Source: the human T2T-CHM13v2.0 reference genome, Homo sapiens. Taken from it: a stretch of DNA of 64,000 bases. Under the pieces are notes generated by a model. It was not told the DNA's origin. It saw nothing but the letters and a program-made list of their open reading frames with translations, and made no database searches. The position numbers and the translations under genes were made by a program. The stretch lies in NCBI RefSeq assembly GCF_009914755.1, contig NC_060934.1. One strand, written 5' to 3'. Shown piece by piece: positions 45,345 to 58,980 of this stretch (position 1 is the stretch's first letter; every line of letters starts with the position of its first letter).

Positions 45345-48320
45345 TCTCAATAATACTACAATGTAAGTATTAGTGAAACTATTTTCTAAAATTATGTAAA
45401 ATGTCTGGAAAATTTTCTAAGACCATATAGCATATGGAAAAATGTTTGCTCAAAAGCCTGCTGAATTTCATTGAGAATCCTTGGCATTTCAGTCACAATC
45501 TGCTTCCTTTATCCCTCTCTTTTAGATCTGTTTTGGAAGTTCTACCCTGTGTATTCTATTACAGGAACGTGTGGTCAAGAAGACAGAGGCTCCCTTGACC
45601 CCCATCTCTCAATCTATATCTGATTTCACCCTGGGTAGGATAGAGTGCCAGTATTTTTCATTCCACCTCTAGACTCAGTTGCAAAAGCTTAATTCTCAGC
45701 AATCCTGGTAGAAAGGACTGGGTCTCACTTCTCCCACCCAGCTTGTCCACGTAAGGTGAGATTCTACATCAGTCACAGCATGCTGAGAATATTGTGGCTC
45801 CTATTTCCCCTGCCCCACCTTGCTCTTCAGATGGAGGTTTCACGATGGTTGGGGAAAGTCAGAACTGCAGGGACTGCCACCTTTACCTAGTTAGTGGGGA
45901 GTAATTCCAGAAAAATGAGTCTGGCCTCTAGCTTTTGTGCAATGGCACAGGAGTTTAGACAGGGAGAGAGGCAGACCAGAAAAATGGACAAAACTGCAGC
46001 TTAGCCTGAGAGGGCTGCTTCTATTTAGAACAGAATTTGAAGAGCTCCATGTGCAAGATTGTTATTTTCAATCTTACACATGGAGCTCTTCAAATTCTGT
46101 TCTAAATAGAAGAATTTGTAAAAGTCTTGGTGGGGAACAATTAAGAAGAAATGTCAGCTCCAGAATAAAAGCAAATATGGCAGAACAGCCTGTTTAATAG
46201 AAAAAATGAGGGAGACAGCTAAGAATAGGTCTCCTGCAATCCCATTCAACTTCAGTGTTTGAGAAGGCTGTGCACAGGCACTAAGCTGCACCTACTCAAG
46301 GGCAATCAGAACAGAATGCATGGAGTGTACTTGAGAGGATTATGCAAGCCATACAAAAAAATCATCAATAGAGAGCAAAAGCCTCACTGGTCCGTGAAGT
46401 TTTAACCCTACTTCTGACCACAAACTGATTGAACAATAAGCCATTCTGATGGAGGAGTGACTACCAGGAATATAGGCTTAAAAATAAAATAAAAGCAGTA
46501 ATTATTGGCTGCCTTGAAAAATTTGTGCATGAGCAAAACTTCAATGTCTCAGAAATTTTCACAAGGGAATCTATAAGCTTTTAGTTCTGGGTTGACCATA
46601 CAGCAAAAAAAAAGAAAAAAGAAAAAAAAATTATCTCTCAGAGCTGTAAAAACAGCCTTTTCTCCTCAAATCACTCTCACATTCAAGGCTTAAAGGCAGA
46701 AATCCAACTGGCAAAGGGGATTTGGGCACAATATTTGACCCATAAATGTTTATATCAATCCAGGGACTACTTCTAGACAATAGCCCTTGGAATGATGCAA
46801 GCATTTATTAGTCAAAGATTGGCTAAAAGACCGTAAAAAGGGTAACAAATACAAGGAAGGATGTCAGGAGCTACACAACACAGGGTAAACAGACTTTATG
46901 GAATTAGTACCACCAGGTCACTAAGAAAGTAAACAAATAGTCAAGCAGGTAACAGTAACCCTCTGGATCAGTGAGTAGAGGTGGGATCAGTCTCAATAAT
47001 GACTCAATGTAAGACCTAATATTTTCTATTTTCAATGATAATAACAGCAACAAAAGTGTGACGAGTGCACGGGGAAAAAATGCAGGCAATAGGTATGGCC
47101 TTTGAAGAAATTCAAACATTAGGTTCAGCAGAAAAAACTTCAAAGCAGATATTATAGATATGTTCAAATAATTAAAGTCAATGATGCTTAGAGAAGTAAA
47201 GGAAGACTTGATAGTAATGTCTTACAAAATATATGCTATCAATAAAGAGAGGAAAATTATAAAAAAGAGCCAAATGAAAATTTTGGAGTTAAAAATATAC
47301 AGCAACTAAATGAAAAATTCACTAGATGTTGTTATCAGTAGGTTTGAGGTGGCTGAAGAAATAATCAGTAAAGTTGAGGCTAAGAGACTATACAATCTCT
47401 TAGATTAGAGAATAAATAGAAATAAACAGAGCTTCAGAGAAATGCGGTATACCAGTAAGTGTTGCAACATGATATGAGTATAACTAGAGGAGTACAGGGA
47501 GGGACAGAAAAATATTCGAAGAAATAAAGACTGAAAACTTGCCAAATTTGGGAAAAAATCTTAACACATCCAAGAAGCACAATGAACACTAGGTAGAATA
47601 AATGCACAGACCCACACTCAGATACACTAAAGTCATATTGTTAAAAAAAAAAAAAGCTAGGTGGGGCATGGTCGCTCATGCCTGTAACCCCAATGCTTTG
47701 GGAGGACAAGGTGGGTGGATTGCTTGAGCTCAAGAGTTAAAGACCAGCCAGGGTAACATGGTGAAAACTTGTCACTACAAAATATTAGCTGGGTGTGGTG
47801 TCATACACCTGTAGCTACTCAGGAGGCTGGAGTGGGACAATTGATTGAGCCCAGGAGGTCAAGGCTGCAGTAAGCCATGATCATACCACTGAACTCCAGC
47901 CTGGGTGAAAGAGAAAAACCTTGTCTCAAAAAAAAAAAGGGAAAGAATAAATAGCTAAATTCTAATTGCATACATTTGAGCCAGAAGGATGACATATTCA
48001 AAGTGCTGAAAAAAGAAATATGTGATCAAAAACTTAGTATCTAGCAAAGCTCTTTCAAAAGATGAAGGCAAAATAAAGACATCCTTATGTAAACAAAAAT
48101 GAAATAACTGGCTGGCAGCTGACCTGCCTTATAAAATATGTTGGAGGAAATTCTTCAGACTGAAATTAAGTGATTAAGTGATTCTGAGCAGTCACTCAAA
48201 TCCAAATAAGAAGCAAAGAGTCATGGAAAAGTTAATTATTTATAGAATTACAAAATAGAGTGTAGTGGCACATATATTTTTCCCTCCTTTTCTCAGCTAA
48301 TTTAGGTAATTGCATAAATC
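45345..48320 (+). mobile_element. L1M4/L1MB-type 5' UTR and ORF1
   Basis: gtctggaaaattttctaagaccatatagca... 5' region; ORF1 text cttcaaagcagatattatagatatgttcaaa...ccaaatgaaaattttggagtt...gacctgccttataa. Confidence 0.7.
47660..47938 (+). mobile_element. AluJ
   Basis: gattgcttgagctcaagagtt...gagcccaggaggtcaaggctgcagtaagccatgatc...ccttgtctc plus A-tail. Confidence 0.92.
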
Positions 48321-49198
48321 TATATTTTCTAGTTTCTTCATGATTTTCATATTTGACAAGAATGTATGTTACATCATTAGAATCCATTTTAATTTTTAAG
48401 GCTTGTTTTATGGTCTAACACATAGTCTGTTCTGGAGAATAGTCTACATACATTACATGTTGAGATGAAAGTATAATCTGCTGTTGGATAAAATGTTCTA
48501 CAAATGTCTGTTTGGTCTAGTTTGTTTATAATGTTGCTCCAGTCTTCATTTTCTTGTCAATCTTCAGCATAATTCTACCCATTAATAAAAGTAGGGTATG
48601 AAGATTTTCAACTACTATTATTGAATAATTGTTTCTTTATTTTATAGTCTACTTTGATATTCATATAGCCACTTTAGCTCCTTTATAATTTTTTGTTTTG
48701 GTTTATATTTTTCATTCCTTTAACTTTAAACTTGTGCATCTCTGAGTCTAGAATGTGTCCCCTGTAAACCACAAGTAATTGAATCAACTCACTTTTGATT
48801 GGATTGTTTAATATATTCATTTGTAATATTATTATTTTTGTGGTTGAATTTACATCTGCCATTTTGCTTCTTTTATTCTTTTTGAATTTTTCCTTTTTCT
48901 GTCTTTTGTTTATTTCCTATTTTATTGTTAAGAGGATATTTTCTAAAGTTAAATTTTATTCCATTTAATAACTTTTATTTATATACTGGTTATTTTCCTA
49001 GTGGTTGCTCTAGATTTTGCAACATGCATCCCATCAGGATCTACCTCAGATTTACAGTGATTGAAGTCCACTGAAATTAAAATCTTTACTCCTGGATAAC
49101 TCTACTCCATTCCTCTCTCTTTTGATGCTAGTGAGATATATATGTAGCATAAACTTTTATAAGTTTGTTATGATTATTTCTTCATATAATCTTATGTG
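48321..49198 (-). mobile_element. Inverted internal L1 segment (inter-ORF region and endonuclease)
   Basis: Abrupt switch to T-rich text: gcttgttttatggtctaaca...ggagaat...aatgttctacaaatgtctgtttggtctag...tagtggttgctctag. Confidence 0.8.
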
Positions 49199-50580
49199 CA
49201 TACATTTTTGAAAAACAAAACCAAAGTTGGAGAACTCATACTTCCTAACTGTAAGACTTACTACAATGTTACAGTACTAAACAAAGTGATGTACTGTCAT
49301 GAGTATAGACACACAGATTAATGGAATGGAATTATAAATTTATAAATAAGCCTTAGTATTTATGGTAAATTAATTGTTGACAAGGGTGTCAAAAATAGCT
49401 TTTCAACAAATAGTGCTAGTACAACCGGATATGCACATGCAATAAAATGACATTGGACCCCTATCAAACCATACATAAAAGTTAGCTCAAATGGATTATA
49501 TACCTAAATATGTATGAGTTAAAACCACAAAACTCTTACAGGAAAAAATAGGTGTATGTCTTCATGGCCTTGGATTAGCCAATGATTTCTTAAATATAAA
49601 ACCAAAATTACAATCAATGGAATAAAATATACATAAACATATATAAACTCTATTTCATGAAAATTAAAAACCCTTATGCTACAAATATTAACATTAACTA
49701 AGTCAAAAGGAAAAATACAGAATGGAAAAAAATTTGAATGCCTTAAATCTGATAAGGGACTTCTACCCAGAATTTACAAAGAATTATCAGAACTCAATAA
49801 TAAAAAGACATATAATCCAATTAAAAATGGGAAAGAGGTTTGAATAGACATTTCAACAAAGACCATATACAATGGCCAAAAGCAGAGCAAAGATTAATGA
49901 ATAGGGAAATGAAACTCAAGACAATGCTGAAAAATAGCTTCATATCCACTAGCATGGTTGTATTCAAAAGCACATAATAACTTGTGTGCTCCATGTAGAG
50001 AAATTAGAATATTCATGCCTTATTGGTGGGAATGTAAAAGATTACAGGTTCTTTAAGAAACAAATTTTTCACTTTCTCAAAATTTTCAACATATGACCCA
50101 TGAATTTCACTTCTACTTATATATTAAAGAGAAGTGAAAACACACTCCCACACAAAAGCTGTATACAAATGTTCAAAGCAGCATTATTCATGATAACCAA
50201 AGAATGGAAACAATCCATGTGCCTTTCAACTGATGAATGGATAAATAAAGTGTTGACTAACCATATAATGGAATCTTATTTGTTAATAAAAAATGAATAA
50301 TTACAAATGACTATATCATAGGATTCTATTTTTATAAAATGTTTACAATAGGCAAATCTATAAGACAGAAAGTAGACTGGTGGTTTCTTACAGGTAGGGG
50401 TAGGGTGAGGTTCAAAGGGATGTGAAGTGGCTGCAAATGGGCTGAATATTTTGGGGAGGAGGAAAAATAATTTTAGATTTGCTTTCAGTGATGATTGCAC
50501 ACACGTGAACTTACTAAAAACTTTGGCTTGTACATTTTAAATGGGTGAATTGTATATGAGTTATATCTCAATAAAACTTA
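49199..50580 (+). mobile_element. L1MB/L1ME1-type ORF2 C-terminus and 3' end
   Basis: caaagttggagaactcatacttcc...; aactgatgaatggataaa; ttgtacattttaaatgggtgaattgtat...tatctcaataaa. Confidence 0.85.
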
Positions 50581-51120
50581 AAGACATAAATCACAGATTT
50601 CTCAGCAGAAATCCCATCAACCAGAAGATCATGAAAAAAAAATTCAAAGAAATGTGATCCAAAAAATAAATAAGCACAAATGCGTGTGCGTGCGCGTGCA
50701 CACACACAGACATAGACACAGGCCTGGCTTACTTTTTTATAAATAATAACACAGCTTTGATGAATTTATCATTAGTAATGATAATATGATTTCATAAAAT
50801 TTCAGCCATTAAAATGTTTATTTCCTTGTAAAACATTTTTATATTGAAAATAAAATATTTTTAAAACTAAATTTAACACACACACAGAATTAGACAATTA
50901 AGTAACTACACTGTAGAAAATAGGAACCACGTTTTTAATGGCCAGAGAAAGACTTTACAAATAATCAAGTGAGGAGGGAAATACAAACCTTGTGCTGATG
51001 AATTTAATTAGAGATATTAGTTTGAATTCATTTTAATTTTAGCATATAAGAATAGCTAGGAAAATATAGACAGAAGTATATACATGGGTATACACATATA
51101 TGTCTATACATACTATATAT
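50581..51120 (+). mobile_element. Host L1MC/MD resumes (short ORF1 piece, then 3'-region text after a CA tract and insertion)
   Basis: cagatttctcagcagaaatc...ccagaagatc (ORF1); aaaccttgtgctgatgaatttaattagagatattagtttgaattca (L1MC/MD 3' region). Confidence 0.55.
50721..50878 (+). repeat. Inserted copy of 51854-52012, flanked by CA repeats
   Basis: Hand alignment: about 11 substitutions and 1 indel over 158 nt. Confidence 0.93.
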
Positions 51121-51523
51121 GGGCTTATATATGGTAATCATACAATGGAAAACTGATATGAAAAAGCCAAATGTGAAAGACGAATAATCTTAATATATTG
51201 TTTTAAACTAATGTTTCAATTATTATTGACTGCTTTCATAATTGGCTAGGTTTTGAAAAGGTCAGGTAAATAAAATTAAACAATATCTGCATAACTTTCC
51301 ATTGATTTTAGTAAGCTAATTTGTTTTATGAGTCTCCACAAAATAGGCAAAATATGTAGTTTAGCTGGATTTATTTAACCACAGAATACTTTTGGGGACA
51401 ATTTTTAATGGGAAAGTGTTCTGTAGAAAATGACAGGCTAGAACAAATGAATTTAAATAAAATATTAAATGGAAAAAATTAAAGGAGGTAATAAAATATC
51501 AGAATACATCATTTTACATGTAA

Positions 51524-51815
51524 TTTTTTCTTTGAGACAGCATCTTGCTTTGTCACCCAGGCTGAAGTACAGTGCTGCAATCATCACTGGCTGTAGCCCA
51601 GACCTCCAGGTCTCAAGAGATTCTCCCACCTCAGCCTCCTGAGTAGCTAGGACTACAGGTGCACACCATGACGCCTGGCTGATTTTTTTTTTTAATTTTT
51701 TGTAGAGACAAGGTCTCACTATGTTGTCCATGCTTGAACTCTTGAGCATAAGCAATCCTCTTGCCTTGGCCTCACAAAGTGTTAGGATTACAAGCATCAG
51801 CCACCGCGTCTGGCT
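51524..51815 (-). mobile_element. AluJ
   Basis: tttgagacagcatcttgctttgtcacccaggctg...ttgtagagacaaggtctcactatgttg...aagcaatcctcttgccttggcctc...gccaccgcgtctggc. Confidence 0.92.
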
Positions 51816-51853
51816 GAAAAGAGGTACTTTTTAAAAACCTTTGATTTCGAGTT

Positions 51854-52012
51854 GGCTTGGCTTACTTTTCTGTAAGTAATAACACAGCTTTGATGACTTG
51901 ATCATTAATAATGATAATACAATTTCATAAAATTTCAGCCATTAAAATGTTTATTTCCTTGGGAAAACATTTTTATATTGAAAATAAAATATTTTTAAAA
52001 CTAAAATTAACA
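51854..52012 (+). repeat. Unique segment, probable donor of the 50721-50878 duplication
   Basis: ggcttggcttacttttctgtaagtaataacacagctttgatga...tttcataaaatttcagccattaaaatgtttatttccttg...ctaaaattaaca. Confidence 0.93.
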
Positions 52013-53113
52013 GCATTTAAATCAAAAGAGCAAACCAATAGAAGATATAAAACAGTGTTTCTGAATGCTCAACCAAAGTTATTTCTGGGAAAAGACTTAG
52101 TTTGAGTGTTCTGAAACCCATTTTGTAAGAATCTTTCTCTCTGAATGTTGCCTCGTCTTTCACACTACTTGAATTCATTTATTTCACATAAACTCACATC
52201 ACATATCTGGCAAGATGATTCTATCTACACATAGATAAATGTAAGTGGAAAGATGTGAAATGGAAAAGTGAACTCTCTTCAAATTCTATCACGTTCAAAA
52301 TGTATAAGATTAGCTGGCAATTTCTAGAATCTTGTGATTTAAATTCTTTTACCTACGGATATGTATAAATCTGTTGGGTTTAGCCTATATCTACTCTTAA
52401 GTGCAGCTTCATTAATGTTTATGCTTTTGAAGAATAAAATGGATTCCAAAGATTCCATGTTCCTTATTCAAATGTAAAATGACTGGGCAATTGAAGAATG
52501 CAATTATCTCCACCAAAATGTTTCTAAACATCTTTAAGAAGGTTGAGTTATTATATTTTAAAGTCGAAATTACATTTAAGTTTCGTTCTGTGTCTCAATG
52601 ACTCATTGCAGATTTATAATTGATGAAAATGTCTACAAAGGCATGGGGTATTTGATTCTGCATGATACTTGAACCTAGATAGCTTCTGATAAAGTGAAAA
52701 GACTTCTGCAGAATATAAAATTAGTGTGCTTGTAAAATGACTTGAAATTCCACAGTATAGCTGCACCCAACAAAAGCAAATCAAGCATCCACATTTTATA
52801 AAGTGTGTTCACTTATTTCAAATAAAAAACTGTTCAAGTGACCTACTTTTCATCAAGACACTTTAAAATGAGAAATGAAGCACATAAACATGGCACCATG
52901 TGTCTGATATCTCCTGAAGTGACAAATGAATTCTGATTACACATAACCTCATTGTTCAATACTCAATTGTATCTTTGAACAATGAAAACTGAGTCATACT
53001 ATGCCAAGTATGAAATATGCTCAGTACTATATAAGTAGCAGCTATAGTAGATGATTGCTATCTTCATAATGAACCTGCACCTGAACCTTAAAGCAGAAAC
53101 TGACAGTGACCTT

Positions 53114-53663
53114 TGTGATAGACAGGATTTTAAAATAGCCTCCCAAACTCCTATCCCTTGCTATGCATGCTACATAATGGCCTCATGAGTTTGGATAGGC
53201 TATCTTGAAGACCCCATACAGAACGGGATGCAGATGTTACAGATAGAAATCAGAGCAATTCAAAGCTGCAACAAATACCATCCTGTTGACTTTAAAGGAG
53301 TAAACTGCCATGTTTGCTCAGGGCCAGATGGCAGGGAATGGTAGGTATCCTCTAGGAGTTGAAAAATTATGTCTAGTTGACAGCTAGCAAGACATTGAGG
53401 GCTTTGGTCACTGTTTTGATGCCTGTCAACTGGAGAAAATGTTTGACTTTTCCAAACAATTGGTGAGATTGGCAGAGTACTGAATTTTCACATAATTTTC
53501 ATATGCATCCATAGCAATCTTGATTTCTTCTTGGTGAGACACTGAGCAGGGGAAATAGCTTATCCAAACCCAGACTCCTGACCTACACAAATGAAGCAAT
53601 AATAACTACATGTTTTAAGTTGCTAAATTTGTGGTAATTTGACAGTAACAGAAAACTAATACA
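53114..53663 (+). mobile_element. MaLR solo LTR (MLT1E/F group)
   Basis: tgtgatagacaggattttaaaatagcctccc ... aaactgccatgt ... cctctaggagttga ... cccagactcctgacc ... ttttaagttgctaaatttgtggtaatttg...aactaataca. Confidence 0.85.
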
Positions 53664-53788
53664 ATTTTCATATGATCTTTCATAGGATTTGAGAAAAATA
53701 CATTTGAATACAAAAACAAAATGCTATCAACCATCCTAAAATAATTGTAAAGGAGCAATTTAAACTATCTTCTTTTTATAGACTCTCC

Positions 53789-53790
<2 letters not shown>

Positions 53791-53843
<53 letters not shown>
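53791..53843. repeat. (AC)26 microsatellite
   Basis: Perfect repeat, read directly. Confidence 0.97.
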
Positions 53844-53845
<2 letters not shown>

Positions 53846-54869
53846 TAATGTTGCATCTCTCACCATGTCTCATTATTCTAGGTTTCTTATTCTTCATTCT
53901 AAAAATGAAATCTTAATCAGTTTTCTTAGATGTCTTTGTACATTCTTTTAAAATTCTTATACAATTTTTTTAATTGTCAAGATCAAACCCTGACTCAGCT
54001 AAAATAGATGAAAGGTTATCCAATTAAACATACATCCCCTAGTATTTGTAGGAAAGTAGCCTAAAAAAAATTCCATGTTGACATGTAATTTGTATGTCTG
54101 TTCAATTTGCAATGTTTTAAATAGCAAGTTAAAATAAAACTCTTCTAAGTTTAACTTGAAGTACAATATTAAAATGTATGATTTAAATTAATAAAATTAT
54201 ATTTATTTGGTAACAGTTCCTTTTAGAATAAAAGATTTCAAATATCATATAAAATAGGCTAAGTAAATGTGAAAGATGTTTTTGAAATCTACTTAATGCA
54301 TCGAAATAATTAGGTAATTTTTATTGTGTGAATATAAAAATGCACACCTTTTGTAAATTATGAGATACTTGCTTTCCATCAGGTGCAAAAAGAGTTTACA
54401 AAATGTAATATCTAAGATAAATATGTTAGCTAAAAAGAGTCATATGAAATTATGAATTTTATAATAGTCAGAAAAGAAATTGTTAATGGTGATTATGGGA
54501 ACAGTATCTTAAAGTTGAATATAGTTTAATACATCAGATAAGAACAGCAGAATTCTGGTAAATGACTAAGGAAACAGGTATCTTAAAGAATGTATTAGGA
54601 TGTATGATATTTTAAAATTTCCTATAGTTGCACCAATTACTTTAGGATAAATTTGACCAAAGTATTGAAATTCAAAAGAAGATTTAAATATGAAGGACTA
54701 AGTCAGTTGAAGCAATTACATGAAACAGTATATTATCTTATTTTTTAGATTTAAATTGATTAGCATATTTAACTTTTACATGAGGCAGTCAGAGGGCTAA
54801 AGAGATTGTCAGAATACAAGAAAGTTTTACAAATTTCCTATTGAGTGTTGAAGTAATTATAAAATTCTC

Positions 54870-55040
54870 TGGAGCAACATTTCTCTACCTGTAATATGAA
54901 TATGTGTCTCCCAGGAATCTTATTAAAATGAAAATACTAATTCAGTGGGACTAGAACAGAGACCCAAATTCTTCAGTTCTAACTAGCTCCCAAGTGATGA
55001 CAATGCTGCTGGTCTATTGATCTCACATAGAATAGTGAGA
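54870..55040. mobile_element. MER5A-type hAT-Charlie MITE
   Basis: ggaatcttattaaaatgaaaatactaattcagtggg...ttctaactagctcccaagtgatgacaatgctgctggtc. Confidence 0.7.
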
Positions 55041-55340
55041 CCCTGATCATCCATATGGAATTATGGACAGAAATCTGTGTCTACACTACCTAATATTTCT
55101 GACATCTTTGGGCAACCCATGTGAACTTAGGTAAAAGGTGAAATATTTGAGTGCATATAAAGTTAGAATGCTGTCTGTAGTAAATTTTGCTTCTATGACT
55201 TTTAACCCAAATACATATAATACATATTTGTTAATATTTCACAAATATATATTGATTAGTTGACTCTTTATATGACACAGTGCCTCAATGCATTTCAAAG
55301 TGACATTGATCTTGTGATCAAAATTAACAACAGTTGGACA

Positions 55341-55774
55341 TTTTAATGGGTTGAAGTCCCTAAGGAGATATGTTAAAGTCCTAATCTTTAATACCTGCAG
55401 ATGTGACCTTATTTGAAAACAGGATCTTTGCAGATGTGGTCAAGTTAAGATGAGGTCATTAGAGTGGGCCCTGATCAAATATAACTTCTGTCCTTTTAAG
55501 AAGAGAAGACAGAGACACACAAGGAAAAGACTGCCACATAATGGCAGAGGCAGGGATTGCAATGATACATCTGCAAGCCAGGGAACACTCCTGGGGTACC
55601 TGAAGCTGAGAGAGGAAAGGAGGGATCCACCTCAAAGGCTTTAAAGGGAGTGTAGCCTTGAGAACAACTTGATTTTGGACTTTTAGCCTCCAGAACTGTG
55701 AGAGATTAAATTGCTCTTGTTTTAAGCCACCGAATTTATATTAATTTGTTATGGAAGTCCTAGGAAACTAATAA
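55341..55774 (+). mobile_element. MaLR solo LTR (MLT1B/C)
   Basis: atgtgaccttatttgaaaacaggatctttgcagatgt...aagatgaggtcattagagtgggccct...ttttggacttttagcctccagaactgtgaga...ctaggaaactaata. Confidence 0.9.
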
Positions 55775-56559
55775 AATTATTAATCATATCTGGGGACTAT
55801 TTAAAAATCATTCAAATAATAGCATTGGATAGTGATTATGTATTTGCTAATTTCCTCTATTATGATGTATTTATTAATTTTATCTGTAATAAGAAAAACA
55901 ATTGTTGAGGTAGTGAAGTAAATGCAAGCCAAGAAATGAGATAATACCCCTTGATGGTTATATAGTGTTTTAGAAAATAAAAGTTATTTTAATAAATTAA
56001 TTATTTCCTCTGAAATCTTAAAGCTGCCAAGTTAGATTAGGTGAATCAGAAAGTGCAATTATGCCAACTATAAGTTACAAGTTTGGAGTAGTTATGTCAT
56101 TTGTGCAAATAATAAATGGTAGCAATAAACTAACAGAATCTCAGTGAAGAGGCATTGTTTAAAGCACCTGTGAATTGCATGGTGAAATGGACAGTACCAT
56201 GGTCAAGATTAAAATCAATCTCTTGTTTATCAATTAATCAGTAATTCCATCATCCACACTAACTTTGTACTTGACATATTAAAGGAACATTAATGAAAAA
56301 ACAATCTTTTAACAAGGCAACTTACTATATAGCCAAATTTTTAAAAATATTTAAAAATGTTTTTTTTCTTACGTAATTTCTTTACATCCTTCCCACTTGC
56401 AGGTCTTTGTAACTATGTGTGATACCTAGACCAAAACTTTTGCAATAAAAATTCATTCACATGTAAGAAAACCCTCTCCTAAGTAAAAATTAATTTTAAG
56501 CAGTGACTACCTTACTATTTTTCCTACCTGCCTTGAAACATCAGGGCTTTATTACTTCT

Positions 56560-57010
56560 CCTTATGGAACTGCCATTCCAGCCTCATATTGCACGTCATT
56601 TCCAATCTCTTTCTGTCCCACTTGTATTGCTCTTTATGCCGTGCCTACTAAATACAATGCTTCCTTTAGTTACAGTGTCATTGACACATGCTGTTCCATT
56701 GGCAGTAACAGCCCTTCTCATCCTCTTTGCCCAGAGAGCACCCTTTCAAGCTTAGAACCCCACCAATCATATTTTCTTGAAAAAAGCTTCCATCAATTTT
56801 CTGAATTAATGAAATACTTCTAGTATACACTATCATGATCACACGCATATCTCCATCATAACCTGGATGTCACGTTGGAGTGTCATATTTATTATCAGAT
56901 AAAAATATGTCTTATTGCGCAGTGATAAAGTTTGTTTTCACACTTCCTTTTTAACCTTAAGACTTAAAAGAGTGCTTGAAACTTTAGTAAACAGTCAGTC
57001 GGTATTTTCT
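56560..57010 (+). mobile_element. L2 fragment
   Basis: ttgacacatgctgttccattggcagtaacagcccttctc and degenerate L2 3' text downstream. Confidence 0.45.
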
Positions 57011-57019
57011 GAGTCAAGG

Positions 57020-57230
57020 GATAGAGGATTGCTGGTGAAATAATGCCTGGACTCTATTCTAGGCTCTAACAGTAATTGGGCTGATTGTTAGATTGGTCAA
57101 ACTATCTTTCCTTTTTGAGTCTCAATTTTCTTATCCTTAATGTGGTTATAAATAAAGGATGTGATATGAAAGCGTAGTGCATTGGCTAAAATGTAGTACA
57201 CACCAAAAATTTATTTATACTTGTTATTCT
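57020..57230 (+). mobile_element. MIR fragment
   Basis: cctggactctattctaggctct...ttgagtctcaattttcttatc...gatatgaaagcgtagtgca. Confidence 0.5.
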
Positions 57231-58024
57231 TTTTTTTCGTGTTTTGAAGAACAAATAGTTCCAATATTAAGAAACAGATTCTCAGTAGGTTAATTTTTAA
57301 TAAATTAACTGCTTATCAAAATGTAACCTAACTGTGCAAAATAAATTTCTGAAGGAGCACTTTTATGTGTGACAAATTAAACATTAATAGCAAAACAACA
57401 TATATTTTCCTAAATTATACAGATTAACTCATTCATTAGTTTTTATAGGAAACCATGCCTCAAATATGAAAGACATCTTATAAAAATACAGTAACTAGTT
57501 TTGAATTATTAATTCATTAAACACATATATTTAATGCTTATTATGAGTTAAGTTCTAGGTTTCAGAGTGGGACTATCTGAATTCTACACTGTTTCCTCAA
57601 TACAATTACAAAGTTTTACAATTAACAAAGATAAACAACGGTTTTCATAAATTGTAATAATCTTATATATGCATAATTTGAATTAAATTTTAAATAAACT
57701 AAGTTTCTAATTTTAAAATTAAGTTTTATTAATTAAAATAAATTTAAATATAAAATAAATATTCTAAATAGCTAAATAATTTAAAATTATATTGTATTAA
57801 TTAAAATATATTTAAATATATGGAATGTTTATTTTGATGTGATGGAATCTTTATTTATTTTATGTTGATAATAAAATTTAATTAATTACATTGAAGTCTT
57901 AGATTTTCATACAATCTGAAATGTAGCATAGGAAGCCAGAGGACAACATTGAAGATAATTTTAAACTATTGGTAATATTGTGAGAATAAAACATCATTTA
58001 TATGAGTATTAGAAATAGTATAAT

Positions 58025-58735
58025 GACCTCCCAAAAAGATAATCAGATAATAAGCATATGAAAAGGTGCTCCATATCATATGTCATCAGGGAAATGCAAA
58101 TTGAAACAAGAAACCACCACACACTTATGAAAATTACCACAATCCAGAACACTGAAAACACCAAATCTTGTCAAGGAGTAAAAGGAATTATCATTCATAG
58201 CAAAATGGTACAGCCATGTTGGAGATTCTCTGGCAACTGTTTACATAACTAAATATATTTTTACTGTATGATTCCGCGACCAAGGACCTTGGTATTTATC
58301 CAAAGAAGCCAATCTGAGAAGGCTACATACTCTATGATTCCAACTGTGTGACTTCTAGAATAGACAAAACTATACAGAATGTAAAAGGATCAGGGGACTT
58401 AGGCAAAAGCAAGGAATGAGTAGGTGGAGGACAGAGTATTTTTAGGGCAGGGAAACAACTCTGTATGACTATAATGATGAATACATGTTATACCTTTGTT
58501 TGAACCTATAGAATTTAGAACACCAAATGTCAACCCTAACGTAAACTATGCATTCCGGATGCTAATGACATATAATTGTAGATTCATCAATTGTAAAATT
58601 AAAAAAAAATTAAAAGCACCACTCAGGTGAGGAATGTTGATAATAGGAAAAGCTATGCAAATGTGGGGCAGGTGTTACATGAGAAATCTCAATTTTGCTA
58701 TAAATCTAAAACTGCTCTAAAAATAAAGTTAATTA
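58025..58735 (+). mobile_element. L1MC1-type 3' end with internal deletion
   Basis: taagcatatgaaaaggtgctccatatcatatgtcatcagggaaatgcaaatt; gaagccaatctgagaaggctacatac; aaccctaacgtaaactatg; aatctaaaactgctctaaaaaataaag. Confidence 0.88.
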
Positions 58736-58879
58736 TTTGAAAATATGTTGGATATATTTCATTATTTTTAAAAATAACTAAAAAGTGCTCACATATTGTA
58801 AATGAGGTCTCAAAGACAAAAACTGTAAATATGTCATTTAAAATTTGGTAAAGTGTTTAAAATAAAAAATTCTAAAGTT

Positions 58880-58980
58880 AAGACATTTAGGTTTAATTAC
58901 CAGTACATCCATAACTGACTATGTGACTTTAGGAAGTAATTTAGCTTTTCTAAGCTTCATTTCTCATCATATAAAAAAAC
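58880..58980 (+). mobile_element. MIR fragment
   Basis: actgactatgtgactttaggaagtaatttagcttttctaagcttcatttctcatc. Confidence 0.6.

Noticed and set aside
57660-57900. Extremely AT-rich stretch as an origin or matrix-attachment element
   Set aside because: Low complexity, with no discriminating evidence from sequence alone.
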